Shown one piece after another: positions 13,501-27,500 of a stretch of DNA of 64,000 nucleotides (position 1 is its first letter; the number at the start of each line of letters is the position of its first letter). The position numbers and the translations under genes were made by a program. This DNA comes from Antedon mediterranea (lineage: Eukaryota; Animalia; Echinodermata): contig NC_092674.1 in the NCBI RefSeq assembly GCF_964355755.1, positions 27,652,001-27,716,000 on the forward strand. The letters are read 5' to 3'. Below the pieces are notes generated by a model. That model saw nothing but the letters and a program-made list of their open reading frames with translations. It searched no databases and was not told where the DNA came from.

Positions 13501-15389
13501 TTGAGCTTCCGTATGGTACTTATGCGTGTCCAAAGGATTTATGTAAGTTCTGTGTGTTATATTTATTTTACTGTTATATTTATTACTTCTTTCCCCCTGG
13601 AGAATAAGGTGCTAGTATTTAAGTCCTCCATACTTCCCTGTATAAGGCTGCAGTCTCTGCCTCTGTCCATGTTCTGTATCCCAACGTGTTCCTTTCCTTT
13701 TCTCCAGTTCTCCAGTTTTCTTTTGCCTTCAGGTGCCCATGTCAATTCATTGGTGTATAATTTTGATTCATACCTAATACATGTCCAATCCAGTTTAATC
13801 TCCTTATCTTTATGCATTCATTCATTCATTTTCCATAGTATACAAAATAAAACAAGTTGATCAAAACTTTGAGATTAAAATGAAATAGTATAAAATGAAA
13901 GGATGTCTTTATAGGAGAAAATGTCACTTAAGCTAAGGCCACCGGTGAAACGCAAGACATTTGAATGGCTAACCTATTAGTAAACAATATGAAGTAAATG
14001 AAAGGAAAAAAAAAGATAAATGGCAGGATATCATCAATGATTATTTGATTGGATTTTTTCTATAGTATGTACTAAATGAATGTATGTGTAGGAAGCATGT
14101 TTGTTAAAATAATAATAAATTTCTCTTAATAATTTATTTGTTTAGTTATAATACACCTGACATGCAAATCACACCATAAGACTGCAAAAGAAGACTTCCA
14201 GCAAGTCTGTAAGCTACTATTCCAGCCTACAGACTCTGAAGATGATGCTAACTGCACTAAGCCTAGGATTATTTGGAGTATGTACTTCAACATGGTTGAT
14301 ATGACTGGCGTTGAAGAGGAGGAGTTAAAAGAAGGGCTTCCTGGTAACACAGAGGTAACCAGTGGGCCTGGCTGCAGTATAGGCTATGAACATGCTGTTC
14401 AACAGGTAAACTGGGTTCTGTAAATCTACAAGAGGAGGTCATAGTCACATCCAGGGGCATCCCCAAAATGTTGAAAATTGTAATGCAAAAGATGGGCTTA
14501 ATTTTAGAAATTAATTTTAAAGCTTTTAGTTGTACCTGTCTTCCCTAAGACACAGACAAAGTTTCTGATTTTTTTTACAAGGATTTACAGTTAAACTCTG
14601 TCTACACTATCAAACTTTATGTGACAAAAAGATGTGATGTGCTCATTATTACATCATATCACTACCATATTTGTGAACATCGCACCTTTTTTTCAAACTA
14701 GAGTGTAGACAGAGCTTTATTAGTCATGCTACCACCTTAGTACGGGAATCATATTTTACAATGTTTCTGTAAAAAACATACCTTTAAATGTGGTATTTTT
14801 TTAATATTTTCAGGCCAAAAGCATTTTTGAAAGACTTTGTCCAGGGGAGGATTTCTTACCTGCTGTACCAGACCCTGATGACATCATCATAGAAAACCAG
14901 TCACATGACAATCCAGGTCACAAGGTACTGTTAACAAATATCACCCAATCTCTGCAATGCATATTTTATGTAAACATTATTATGTTTGTAGATTTGAGAA
15001 GGTTGTAAGTTGGAAATGTTACTGTATTTAAACTGATATATTTGATATATATGCAGTATTTTTAACTTAAACTTCAATATACTAATCGAAACCATGAGAG
15101 GAAAATGTTTTCACTGATATATTTGATATTTTAGCCCGGGTTTGAAGACAATGCATCTGAAAATAATGAAGAAAGCAAGACTCCACAAAATGAAGATATC
15201 AAATCACCAGAAAATGAAGATATATGTAAAGAGAATAAAGAAAAACCACAAGATGAAAGTGGTGAGAAAATTGATACAGGAACGATAGAAGGAATGACAG
15301 AAGAATTAAGTATAGAAGAAAAGAAGGCAAATACATCTGAAATAAATGCAGAAAAAGAGTGTGACAACACTTTCGATGAAAATTCATAA
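7565..15389 (+). CDS. CHM: Rab escort protein (Rab geranylgeranyltransferase component A; choroideremia protein homolog)
   Basis: Exons 7565-7610, 7960-8026, 8901-8976, 9407-9534, 9722-10334, 10893-11009, 11122-11242, 11927-12042, 12228-12409, 12730-12831, 13271-13331, 13446-13542, 14146-14405, 14814-14924, 15135-15389 (TAA); phases consistent. Motifs [98 protein letters not shown]. The long acidic insert and acidic tail are typical of REP rather than GDI. Confidence 0.95.
8066..8818. mobile_element. Tc1/mariner-pogo-like non-autonomous element in CHM intron 2
   Basis: Long imperfect TIR CCGTATCCTAAC...GGTAAAATTGCATTACGT / ACGTAATGCAATTTTACC...GTTAGGATACGG, flanked by TA on both sides (8064-8065, 8819-8820). 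Confidence 0.75.
9003..9290. repeat. Dispersed repeat family C (unclassified)
   Basis: Shared blocks (AAAGTTAATCACTT, CATTGGCTG, AAAGTGAATAAC, GGGGACAATACAT) recur at ~27890-28170, ~47410-47735 and ~55850-56070. Confidence 0.55.
12869..13008. mobile_element. MITE family A (PIF/Harbinger, Tourist-like), representative complete copy
   Basis: TIR AGCTCTGTCTACACTATCAAAC with TAA TSD. Other copies show TAA/TAA or TTA/TTA flanks: 14594-14716, 19401-19624, 19663-19802. Further full or partial copies at ~10467-10638, 11267-11290, 11528-11672, 11757-11904, 12530-12640, 17259-17347, 24939-25088, 26511-26653, 44026-44160, 44359-44725, 52740-52837. Confidence 0.85.
13580..13760 (-). mobile_element. RTE-clade LINE 3'-end remnant
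   Basis: Minus-strand [10 protein letters not shown] followed, after a frameshift, by [24 protein letters not shown]; resembles the C-terminal end of RTE ORFs. Confidence 0.6.
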
Positions 15390-15682
15390 CAATGCATCAA
15401 ATCTGTGTGATTTATTGTAATTATTGGTGTACTGTACTGTAACATTTGTAAAGAATTTAATCAATGTAATTGAATTGTTTTAGAGCTGTTAATGCAATCA
15501 TGTTTTAAAACTAAATTGTATATTGATTTAGTAGATATGGATAAACCAATCAAATTATTATAAATTAAATGTTGGAAAATGGATAGGAGGGGAATAGAGA
15601 GAGGCACATGTTATTCTGTATTTTGATTGGTCGGTTGTAGACCTGGCTGACCAATCATACTAGCGATACTATAGTCGTACGC

Positions 15683-17171
15683 TTATGTTAAATATTATAA
15701 GTGAGAGAGTTTGTCTGTTTGTTTGTTTGTCTGTTTGTTTGTCTGTTTGTTCGTTATACAAAATTTTGTTACTGCACATAATCTTACATATGGGGTATCA
15801 AAATGACCGCAATTGTACCGGGAATGTTCTAAGCTATATTTCAACATCATCCGCCACCTAGGATCCAAGTTAGGGACCAAAATGTGGTCAAAACCCCCAC
15901 TTTCGATGTTTGTTCGTTATAAAAATTTCTGTGTCTGCACGTAACCATACGTATGGGGTATCAAAATGATGGCAATTGTACCCGGAAGGTTTGTACCCGG
16001 AAGGTTTTAAACTAAATTTAAAAAAATTCCCCCGACTCCTGGGGTTTTTGTGGAATGGGTGGGGGGGGGGGGGGTGGTTGTGTGGTGGTTTGTGATGTCA
16101 TTTTTGCTAGGGCTCGGGGTTGTAGGCTATCGAATTGTAAAATTATACTACAAAAGTTTTACAGTATTTGAATTATCCTCAGCAAGGCGTTTGGGGAAAT
16201 ATAGATATAGATATACATATTTTATTCATTAAACAATATGACACCTATTCAATTACACATTTAGCAAAGTACTTTAACCATATCCAGCTATTTATTGGTC
16301 TCTTGGATTGCCTCATTACAGACATCCATACCTGTGTGAACATACACATGTTGGTTACTGTTACTGTGTTCAACTACATCACCAATCCTCCAAGGAAAAA
16401 AACGTACATTGTGGGAGAGTGGGGTTGGGAGATAGGGTTTGGGAGTTTGGTTTCAGGAGAGAGTGGGGATTTTGCTTACACCAGAATTGTGGTTGGAAAC
16501 TTTTAAAGTATTTAATCATCCCTGGGAAGCAGATGGGAGTTTGGGGTGGGGATGTACATGTAGGCCTATCACCATGACCGAAACTGTATTTGGAATGTTT
16601 TAAACTACATTTGAAAACTGCCACTGAGGGATTATGGGTTGGGAGTGATAATAATATAAATTGTACTGGAACCGGCTTCAACAGATCACCCAGTGTATCT
16701 GCGGTGTGTTTTTTGTAGGGGGAGGAGGAGCGAAAATACTAGCGTAATGAAGTAGCCTATATGATTCGATTGTACTAGGAAAAGTTACTAAATTTGAACT
16801 GTCCAGGGGAGGAGTTAAGGTTTGTTGATGGTGGCTGGGGTGGTGAAAGGAGAAAGAAGGCTGGGTGCCCGCAGTATCTAAATTACAAATTTTAATTATC
16901 AGCCAATATGACACCTATTCATTTACACAATTTACAACGTACTACAACCATTATTAGACCCGTCGTAGTTATGAATACTCCTCTCAATTCGAAGCTTAGG
17001 TTGAATTGAATTTGTCCATCACTGGGAAGATTTTGTTTTTAAGAAAGAGTATGGGGTGTTATTGAGGGGTGGATGTTGGTGAGTATAGACAGATACTGGC
17101 GTTGGGTGTTATGTACTGAGAAGGCTGTAAACTAATTTTCAAACCCGCCCTGGGGCGGGTATAATTGCTAG
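15683..17171 (+). mobile_element. Non-autonomous Helitron between the convergent CHM and CWH43 3' ends
   Basis: 3' end: GC hairpin ACCCGCCC-TG-GGGCGGGT (17143-17160), then CTAG (17168-17171) followed by T. 5' region AATATTATAAGTGAGAGAG + (GTTT/GTCT)n microsatellite is typical of small animal Helitrons. 5' boundary approximate. Confidence 0.7.
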
Positions 17172-17599
17172 TGTTAAATAAATTGAGAATGACAATTTAG
17201 AATCGTGCATTATTATATGTTCATTAATGCAATTAAGTTATTTTGTATTAATATTTAAAGCTCTACACTATCAAATTAGTTTGAAAAAAAAAGTGTGATG
17301 TGCCATCATGTCCATATATATATATATTTGACAGTGTAGACAAAGCTTAAGACAAGTTATGTATATTGTATATATAAACAATTGTTTTATTAGTCAATGT
17401 GCGAGGATAAATATTTAATATTCAAAACTAAATTAATTGTTTCACCGATTTATTATATTCAACTTGACATAAAACAAAAACAAAGCTAATAGTATACTAA
17501 TGGATATTTGCATGAGAACTAGTACCTTAATTAAATACACTGATCTAAGCTCAAGTCAGAAGCCTGACCTTTGTCATTGACCTGGCTCTAGTCTCCAGC

Positions 17600-17870
17600 C
17601 AGACATCTTCATAAATTGGACATGATTCACTTAATTACTTTTGAATACCACCAAAGTTAGTACTGGAACGTTAATTTTATATGCGTCCAACAGCGAGAAA
17701 CTCGCCAATTACAGGATGGATAAACTATTATCGTGCTTATAAACTACGTCTCATTTGAGGTTTAGAGAGTGAGTGGAAAGAGTTGTGAGTTACAACACTA
17801 GCACAAGGTCAGGATTGAACCTTGAGATTGGAAGGCAAGGATGTTATTGTTAAGCACCAAGCTACAGCTC
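17600..17870 (-). mobile_element. Degenerate tRNA-derived SINE
   Basis: Minus-strand head GTAGCTTGGTG...GGTTCAATCC resembles tRNA A/B boxes; no full cloverleaf. Confidence 0.4.
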
Positions 17871-18546
17871 CATTTTTTATTCACAATCTGTGTTTATATG
17901 CATATTTCTTAAATACTATATAAAGTAAATTTATTGGTACATGATTGTTCAAAATTTGTTGGAACCACATCATAATATAAAGGGCTTTTTAACGATTGAA
18001 TTGAAAACATTTATAAATATTTTATTTCACCATATATCTTTTTAAATGTTAACTTATACATGATTATTGAATAGATTCACTATGAACACATAGACTAGAT
18101 GCTTTTGCATAGATGGGGACTTTAAATACATTCTTTTTAACAACAAACACATTTATTATCAAATACAGCATACACACATAAAGAAAATCCCAGAAAAATA
18201 AAATACAAAAATTGGAAGATTTACCAAACTAGGTAAAAGAAATAAATAGAATTTAAAAAATAATGGACCTACTGTTTAAAACCGTTTTATATTTCAGCAG
18301 CCAGTTAATTAACACCAAGTTAAATTAACAAATATAAGAAATGACACCAAGTTTGGTACCATGGTAGGAATTGAACCAAACCTTAGAGGCATGCTAAGTA
18401 CCAACCCACAGTACCATTAGTGTAATTTTTATACTATTTTCATGCAATCAGGTTTGATAAATTATACTGTTTATTAATGCAAGGTGTCTTGAGAAATTCC
18501 AGTAACATAGGTACTCTTCTGAATATGTACGTGAAAATTGAGTGAC

Positions 18547-21500
18547 TTAAGGACTTTCTTGAGTGAAGTACTTTGGTGTGCCCATGTGATAACGATGATC
18601 GCTGCCTAAATGGTGTCCATTGTAGAAATTACCAAACCTTAAAAAAAATACAAAAAAAAAGTGTCAATGATCTCTAGTAGTCTTGACCTTTGTGTCGTTA
18701 ATTCAAATTATGGTAATTAATGTAACATTAACACCTTTATAATGGTTATTTCATAACATTTACATCTTTTGAAACATACAAATGTTTACTCATTAGAAAA
18801 TTAGATATAAAATCATGCATTTGCATTAGCCATTTAATGGCTAATGCAAATGCATGTTTTTATATCTAATTTAGGTTGAAATGTGAGAGATGTGACCCAT
18901 GCTACACAGTGTGCACTTAATTTTATTGTACTCTATTTATTCAGTGAGTCACTTCTACAACAAATTATCAAACTGAAGAATGTCCCAATGATCAGTTCTA
19001 CATAAAATGACAACCCCATCATTTTCTCTTTATCCGAATGTGACACATTTTCCAATAATCAAGAATGTGTTTAATAGCACTATATTTTTTGTCAATGAGT
19101 CACTTGGAAGCTTACCTTTGTGGAAAGTGGACAGACGGGTCAACCTTATTTTTGTCTATAACAACTACATTATTATCTTGTTGTGAATCTTTAGCCAGGA
19201 TGTTGAATTTAGCAAGCTGTGCTTCTGTGTCACTCAGCTCCCCATGCGATATCCTGGCATATCCAACTCTACACCAAGAATAAAAGGTAAAATTAAAGTC
19301 ACAATAGTCATCCATACAAACTGTATATTAACAAAATGTGTAGTTTTTTAATATTTCATGTATTTGAATAATGTATTTGTGGATACCTTTTCATCCTTTA
19401 AGCTCACACTATCAAACTTTATGTGACAAAAAATATGATGTGCCTATATATGGAAATGATGATGTCATACCACTACTATATTTGGGCATATCACTTCCAT
19501 ATTTGGGCATATCACTTCCATATTTGGGCATACCACTACATATAATGGAAATGATGATGTCACTAACATATTTGGGCACATCATACTTCTTTGTCACATA
19601 AAGTGTGATAGTGCAGACAGAGCTTTAGACTAATGTACGTGTGGGTACTTGGTTAAGTTTAAAGCTCTTTCTACACTATCAATCTAGTTAGACAGAAAAA
19701 GAGCGATGTGCCCAAATATGGTAGTGATATGACATCATCATGTCCATATATGGGCACATCACATTTTTTTGTCACATAAAGTTTGATAGTGTAGACAGAG
19801 CTTAAGACATGATATATCTCACCATGTTTATATAATTTTGTCAGACATAGAAGAAATTCTATACTGTCCAGTGATACAAGAAATTAAATTTTGTAATTGG
19901 TAAAGATGCCTTTACCAATTACAAAATTTTGCTATAAAAAATGTTAAAAATTATTAAGTTTTAAAAATAGCTGGAATACGTAAAACATTCTTTCACTTTC
20001 TTAACAAAAGTGATAACTTATCTATCAACAAAATCATTTTCCCACTTTTAATTTCCTCTATTGTTTTATGATAACAAATATAAATACAGGGATTACAATG
20101 CAGTTTTGTGATAATTTATTAAAATGTAATCATACCTTTTAAGACGATTATAAAATATATACTGGCAGAATCGGTCAACATCGGATGAGTCAATATCCTT
20201 TAGAAGAAAAAATGAATAAGATCACAGAAAGGTCAATTTAATATTTCTTATTAATTCATTACAGTGGCTAATTCTGAGAAGAAAGTTATTAGAATTTAAT
20301 TGAGGAGATATAGGGTGAAAAGAGAGCAGAATTACAAATGACAGACAGCTCATATTTTGGTATTGTATGCTTGTAAGTTGGAGTTCAAATATTTTCAACA
20401 TATCATCATCTTGAATGTGTGTGTACTTGTATCTACTTACTGTAAGTATTGTTTACAATGACTAACCAATCAAATGCAAGCGACCTTTCACCAGAAAACA
20501 TTTAGCAGGAAACAGGTGAAAATTTCTATATGCTAATTATACAAACTAATTTGCATAATACAGATTTTGCTGTAGACACAGCTTACAGTACATAGACTAT
20601 CACTCTGGATATTTGTATCAGTGTTTGTTACTGAAGAATTTTATTCATTAGAGACTGTAAAGTTGGAACTTAATTTGATCAAGTTGATTCTGTACATAAA
20701 GTAAATAATTAACATGGACCCCTACATGGGTTAGTGTGTGAAGGATATATCTACCAGTACCTATGAATGGATGGCCAGTACAAAAAGGATCTAATGTAAA
20801 TGTAAGTACTGTCATTTATATTTATGTAGTCTAGAGAAATGATGTTGCAGCAGGAATCTACCTGTATTTCTATGCTAGCATAAAAGGTACAGTAAGTAAA
20901 TCAGATGTTAGGGAACTTTTGATTTTTAATAACCTAGGACCAAGTTAGGCCGTATTAATTGATTGTTATCCAGACTACGGAGAATGTGCAGAGACGTATC
21001 GAGAGTATTCAGACGAACATCCTGCCTACCTTGAGTTTACCAATGTATCTTATGCGGTTGTAATCACGACTGTCTGGTTTTGAAACTATGTATCCCATAA
21101 AAACAATCGGACGATTACTGCAAGAAAAAATACATTATAAATTTATCTTTACTATTTAAACAATCCAATAGTTATATACTATAAACTTTCATTTACAGAC
21201 TATGGTACTATAATGCTAAAATATACTCTTAAAGGCTAATTTACATAGACGAGCGGTAATGTTAAGCGGAAAACTGCGTAGCTCGTCCCACGTAGAATCT
21301 GTATCTATCCTGAGTGATAAATGCCCGTCCGCTCCGTGTTGTGTGTAAATGGTCATATGGAATAACATTGATTCTATATTTTTATTACCGTTACCGCTTA
21401 TCTGTGTAAATTGGCCTTTAGTCATAAATGATAGTACAGTATATATAATCAGTTCTCCCATAATGATTGCTGGGTGTGCTTTTACAATACAACATGTATT

Positions 21501-24500
21501 CTAGTCCACTGTGTACTGTATATTATAAAGAGAATTATAAATTTGCACTATTGTGAAACCCGTTGATAAAAGCTCTATTATTATTATAAGCGACAATTAT
21601 TATTATTGATAACGCTAACAAATAAAATTAATGAGCTGTTGAAAAAGAAATTTATACTACACATAATTAGAATTTTATTCCGTAATCCTCAAGGTCAATG
21701 AGTTACTCTCAGAAAGGGTTATTACTAAGATGGGGATATGCTTATATTTTATGTTGAGGTAGGTTTATAATTAGGCCAATAATAGGGCTATAGTAATAAT
21801 AAAACATGCATTTAATCTCATACCTGGCTTTAGTAATATTAGCTAGATACTCGGCCTGTAGTTTGCGATCTTCGTCGTCTCTACTGTAATGTGAAAAAAA
21901 AAATTAATTTTAAAGTAAATTTTATAATTTTAAACAAGTTTGGTGCTTAATAACAAACATGCTTGTCCAACAACCTGGGTACAAATCTTTTTCTTGTCTC
22001 AAGTGTAAATTATATAACAATAATCTGCAAGCATTTATATTAATTTAATATTTCTATCAAGCATTTCACAATCAGGCATACAAAAAACATAAAGATTATG
22101 TAATGTATTAATAAAAACATTGCTTATTATTTACAATAATGTAAAACATAATCTTGCAAACAAATTATATAGCCATATAGAATTTCTTATTAACAAGTAT
22201 ATCCACTACATTCTCAATGCAAAATATATCAACTATATCAACAATACAACACGTTCTTAGTAGTACACAGAAGCGCAAAATATCGATAAATCTCACCTCA
22301 GTGAAAGTAATATATAGAATAAATAGAAAGGGAAAACAAAAATAGGAAAATTATATATCAAATATTGTAACAGTGGTTATATGTACAGATAACTATATAA
22401 GAATGCATACATAGTTTATAAATTTTAGTTTAATTTTAAAACCATAAAAGTAAAAGAATTAACAATATAATTCCCATGTAAAATCATTTACATAAAGTAC
22501 CATCCATATATATTGTATATTTAGAGCAAAATATGAATTTTTAACTTAAGTTAACGTATGCTATTTTCCATAATTATGAATATTAAAACTGTATATAAAT
22601 GAATAATTTGTATATTAACTGAGACAAGTATGAATATTTTCATACTTTTTATAAAATATTAAAACCATAAAAAATAGTAAGTATTTAAATTTATTTCTAA
22701 TGAATTATGTAAATGAAGAATATACATATATTAATTGTAAGTTATCCTTTTGATAATCAGAGCATGGTAAAACAGATGTATATCAAATAACGTGATGATA
22801 TTGAAACTGTATTGTCAAAATTCAGATTGGCTGATAACATAGCAGGTTCTGGCCATTTATACAGTGTACATAATATTCAAAAACAGTTATAGCAGTTTGC
22901 ATTAAGGTAAGTATTTACATTGTTTGTGGTGTTGCTTAAAAATGTTTTGGATATCTTTTATTTTAAAAGATTTTTAAATTTAATAACTTTTTCAATTCAA
23001 TAACATTTAATAATACAAGAATAATAAACAATAAGAAACAGTAATTTTTTAAACCAATTAAGGACAATTTTATGGCCCTGGTACTTAGTGTGTGATGCAT
23101 ACAAGGATCTCACTTAATACAAGGAGATAATAATTTTGTATGTAAATAACAATACATCACACTTAAAAAGCATTATTGAGTTAAAATAATTAATCATAAA
23201 ATATGACACAAAAAAAATGTTGTGAATTTTTCTAAATAACCAGAGGAATAAAGGAAAAAATAAATAAAATAAAAAATGATGACATTATAGTTGTGTAATA
23301 ATTCATTTTAAGTTCATTTCGAGTTTGTATGTGTTTCCTTTTAATCTCCATCGACCTATTTTCTGATTCTTAATGATAAATTAATGACTTTTTGATGATG
23401 AATAATTAAATAATATATTTGAATTTGAAGTATGTGTGAATACCTTCCTGTGAATTTGATGTACATTAAAGTAGATCATTATAAATGTGTCAGGAATGTC
23501 AGTGTTTATAAGTTAATTATAATAAGTCTGTTCCAATATGATGTTCACACATAGTGTTATCAGTATACAAAATAAGCATTTAGGAAATCTGTTTTAGTCA
23601 TTGTAGAAATTCTTGTAAAATTAATATTGCCAATGAGATAACTTTATGAAACGTAATAGAGATAAGAAGTAGAGTCAATTGTCCTAAATCCGAACTAAGT
23701 CTGAAACTTTCCCAAAACGGAAACCAGACTGTATTAAAATTTAAAAACAAGCAAAATTTTTAAAATTGCGCAAGTTTAGAGAAACATTTTGACATTTTTC
23801 TCGCAATACGCCAGTTTCCTTTAACAAACATAAAATAAGACAATCTTCAAATTAAAATTAAATTTATTGTTATCTTAGTTATAGTATCAATAGTGCAGTA
23901 TAAATATCTTAGTATCAATAGTGCAGTATAAATATCTTAGTATAAAAAACGCAGTATAAATATCTTAGTATCAATAGCGCAGTATAAATATCTTAGTATC
24001 GATAGCGCAGTATAAATATTGTAGTATCAATAGTGTAGTATAAATATTATAGTATCGATAGCGCAGTATAAATATTATAGTATCGATAGCGCAGTATAAA
24101 TATCTTAGTATCAATAGCGCAGTATAAATATCTTAGTATCAATAGCGCAGTATAAATATCTTAGTATCAATAGCGCAGTATAAATATCTTAGTATCAATA
24201 GCGCAGTATAAATATCTTAGTATCAAAAGCGCAGTATAAATATCTTAGTATCAATAGTGCAGTATAAATATCTTAGTATCAATAGTGCAGTATAAATATC
24301 CTAGTATCAATAGCGCAGTACAAATAGACAATACAAATATCAAAATATTCAAAAAACATCCCCAAGATGATCGCAGTATACAAATGAGATAAATGCAAAT
24401 ACATAATTGAGTGAATTAGAACAAATCTATATTTGCTACTGTGTATACATACCCTTCATTTCCCATGTGACCTGTGACAACGTCTACGAGCGTGCCCGAG

Positions 24501-27500
24501 ATGTTGAGTGTTGCGCTTATGGCAGGTGCCAATTCCCCGTTGGGTGAGGGCAGTAAGTGGTGCGTTGAATTTACGATGCGATACTTAGACAGCAGGAGAT
24601 TTCTAGACATGGTGCAAAGAGGAAATAATTGGGAAATTATTATTATTTCAATAGGTTGAAAAATTAATGTGATATGTTATAATATGCTTTTGGAACTAAG
24701 TTTGATGTTATTTATTTAATAGTCACACAGTAGCTATCTTTAATCTCTAGTTAGTTTCATAAACTTAGCAGTTAACAGCTATCCATAAATAACAGAACCT
24801 CCTATATTGTATATAATAGAACACACCAACTAAATTAAAATTGTTTGATTTTATTCATAGACCAAAAAAAAATATAATATAAGGTATTAAGAAGTTTTAA
24901 TAATTATAAATATTAATATCCATATAGAACCTTCTTAAAGCTCTGTCCACACTATCAGAATTTATGTGAAAATGTGATGTGCCCATATGGATATGATGAT
25001 GTCATATCACTACCGTATTTAAGCATATCACTACCATTTGGGCACATCAAACTTTTTTGTCCAACTAGTTTAATAGGGTAGAGAGAGCAAACATGTATAT
25101 ACCAATGTTAGATTTTATTCATTAGACCAACAATAAAATATTAATAATGTGTATGAATTTTAATAAAATTACTATCCATATAGTAATCAAGGTCAACTTT
25201 GAATTAACGCTTTTTGTTAAATTTAATTACAACAAGATCAAAGCCATACATTGTGAAAACAAAGGACTTTGTGAAAGGGGATAATCACTATTTATTCATT
25301 AAGCAGGGCTTGACCTTTTTCTAACGAGCTTCGCTGATCAACTAATCAAAATTAATGAAAATACCTCTATAGTTCACGCGCTGTGGATTACCAATCAATA
25401 ATTTATTATTAATTTTTTGTAATTACTAAGTAAAAATCAATAATTCTTATAATGAAATTGTTAGGTAGTGAATGACAATTTGTGAAATGATATCTATCAA
25501 TAGATTAAATAGCATTATTTTTTCAAAATATTTTTTATGAAGTCTATTCAATATGATAGAATAAAAGAATGCAATAAAACACATTTATCACAATGGGATT
25601 ATAATATCTGTAATGATTGCAAGTAATTTAATCAGTTTAATTTCTATATTTTAATACAACATATTCCTGTAGAGAAATAAGAAATGTATTTTACTATAGC
25701 TGTCTGAAACCAAGTATTTATTATGTATTAGAAATGTTTTATATCCCTAGGAATACTCTTTATATATAGAATCAAAAGATGTAACCTTACCCCCAAGTGT
25801 GGTCCTTAGTAGATGGCCCAAAATCGTGATACATATGTAGTTTTTCAGATAGGTACATCGCTATGTCATTGTTGCCTAGGAACGGCCTTGATGCATCACT
25901 CTCAAGCACTGTTATCACATCAGCATCTAAGGTCATTTTTTGGGAAATTAATAAAAAACAAATAAAATGTGTTATCACTAGCCATATCACCATTCACAGT
26001 TAGGCTAAGGGAAACACCCTTAAAATCTTCTATCTATTAGTTAATACAATTTAATAGAAATACCTAAATAATTATTAAGTGAAAAACTTAATACTTAAAG
26101 GAAATATCTCACTTAAGTGTGATTGGTGAATACGGCCACTGGTTGTTAGTATGTTACTTCAAAGTATTTAAATAGAATCTAAAATATTACCTGTTTCATT
26201 AAGAAGTTTTGCAACTCTCTCAAAGCTAGGCTTGCCCTCATTGTCATACATAAAATGTGCCGTAAATATCAGTGTAGAAAACTCATTTGGATTAGCCTTA
26301 TTACTGGCAGGACTTCTAATATTCTGTCCCCGGTACGCATAACCACCAATACCAATGAATAGTAAAAACATTAACACTATATTAAAAGAAAAAAAACATA
26401 CTGTTTATAGTACAAATAACGTAGAATGCCTTATTTCAGTATATTTATTAGTTAAACATGTGGGCCTACAAGAATGGTTTTACAAGACTTCCATGGGGTG
26501 TCTGATTCTAAGCTCTGTCTACACTATCAAACTAGTTTGACAAATAAAATGCGATGTGCCCAAATAATAAATATGGTAGTGATATGACATCATCATGTCC
26601 ATGGGCACATCACATTTATTTGTCACATAAAGTTTGATAGTGTAGACAGAGCCTTTAGAAGAGTGACTTCTTAATAGACTTACACAGCTTGACATCAGCG
26701 TGTACCGATATTGGTCCAGTTCCGTCCAGATTGCGGAAAGCCATGTGCTTACTTGTGAATTTGGTAATGTCACGACCTTTACCAAGTAATAAAGCAAATC
26801 CAATATACAGTATTATGAATAAAAGGAGGTAGAATGTCCCTTCCCTGAAAAGAAAATCAAAATAGTTGATTGTTTAGAAAATAATAATAATTGAATAAGT
26901 AAATGTATTATTACTTTCTCAAAAACCGGATTTTGAAAATACAAAAATATTAGACAAAGAACAACAATACTTATCAAGAAAAATAAACGAAGCCATTTGG
27001 ATAAGAAAAACGAATATGAACATCAACAGAGACCAGGGAGGACATGAACTGAGCCACATCTACGATGAATTAATAAAAAGGGACACCCGAGCATCTAAAG
27101 GGGGACACCAGCAGAAAGCTGAACATCAGACGAGAGGTGGCGCAATTCACCGAACTATGACGAATGACAGAACATCATGTCAACGTCATTTGCGTGAACA
27201 AGGCTACTGAAAGTAGCTGAAACGTAGCAAGTAAGTACTTGTCAACTGGTTTAACTAAAAGTTAACCTTTATTTATGTATCATTACTGTTCCTCAAGCTT
27301 AACTGGAACCTAGGAAATTCGGATTAGGCCTTCCATGGACCCACAGCCGCCCAGCAGTAATAATAATCCTCAGCTTATTTCACTTGGAGCTACTCCATTT
27401 TGGATTATCATTCATTTTAAAATCACTAACCTGGTTATCCAACCACCAGGAACAAAATTATAAGCTACTGTCCAGACACAGAAGAGCATTTCAATGAGAT

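Noticed and set aside
27016-27210. 64-aa ORF as a nested host gene
   Set aside because: It is the tail of a 5'-truncated Penelope endonuclease frame.
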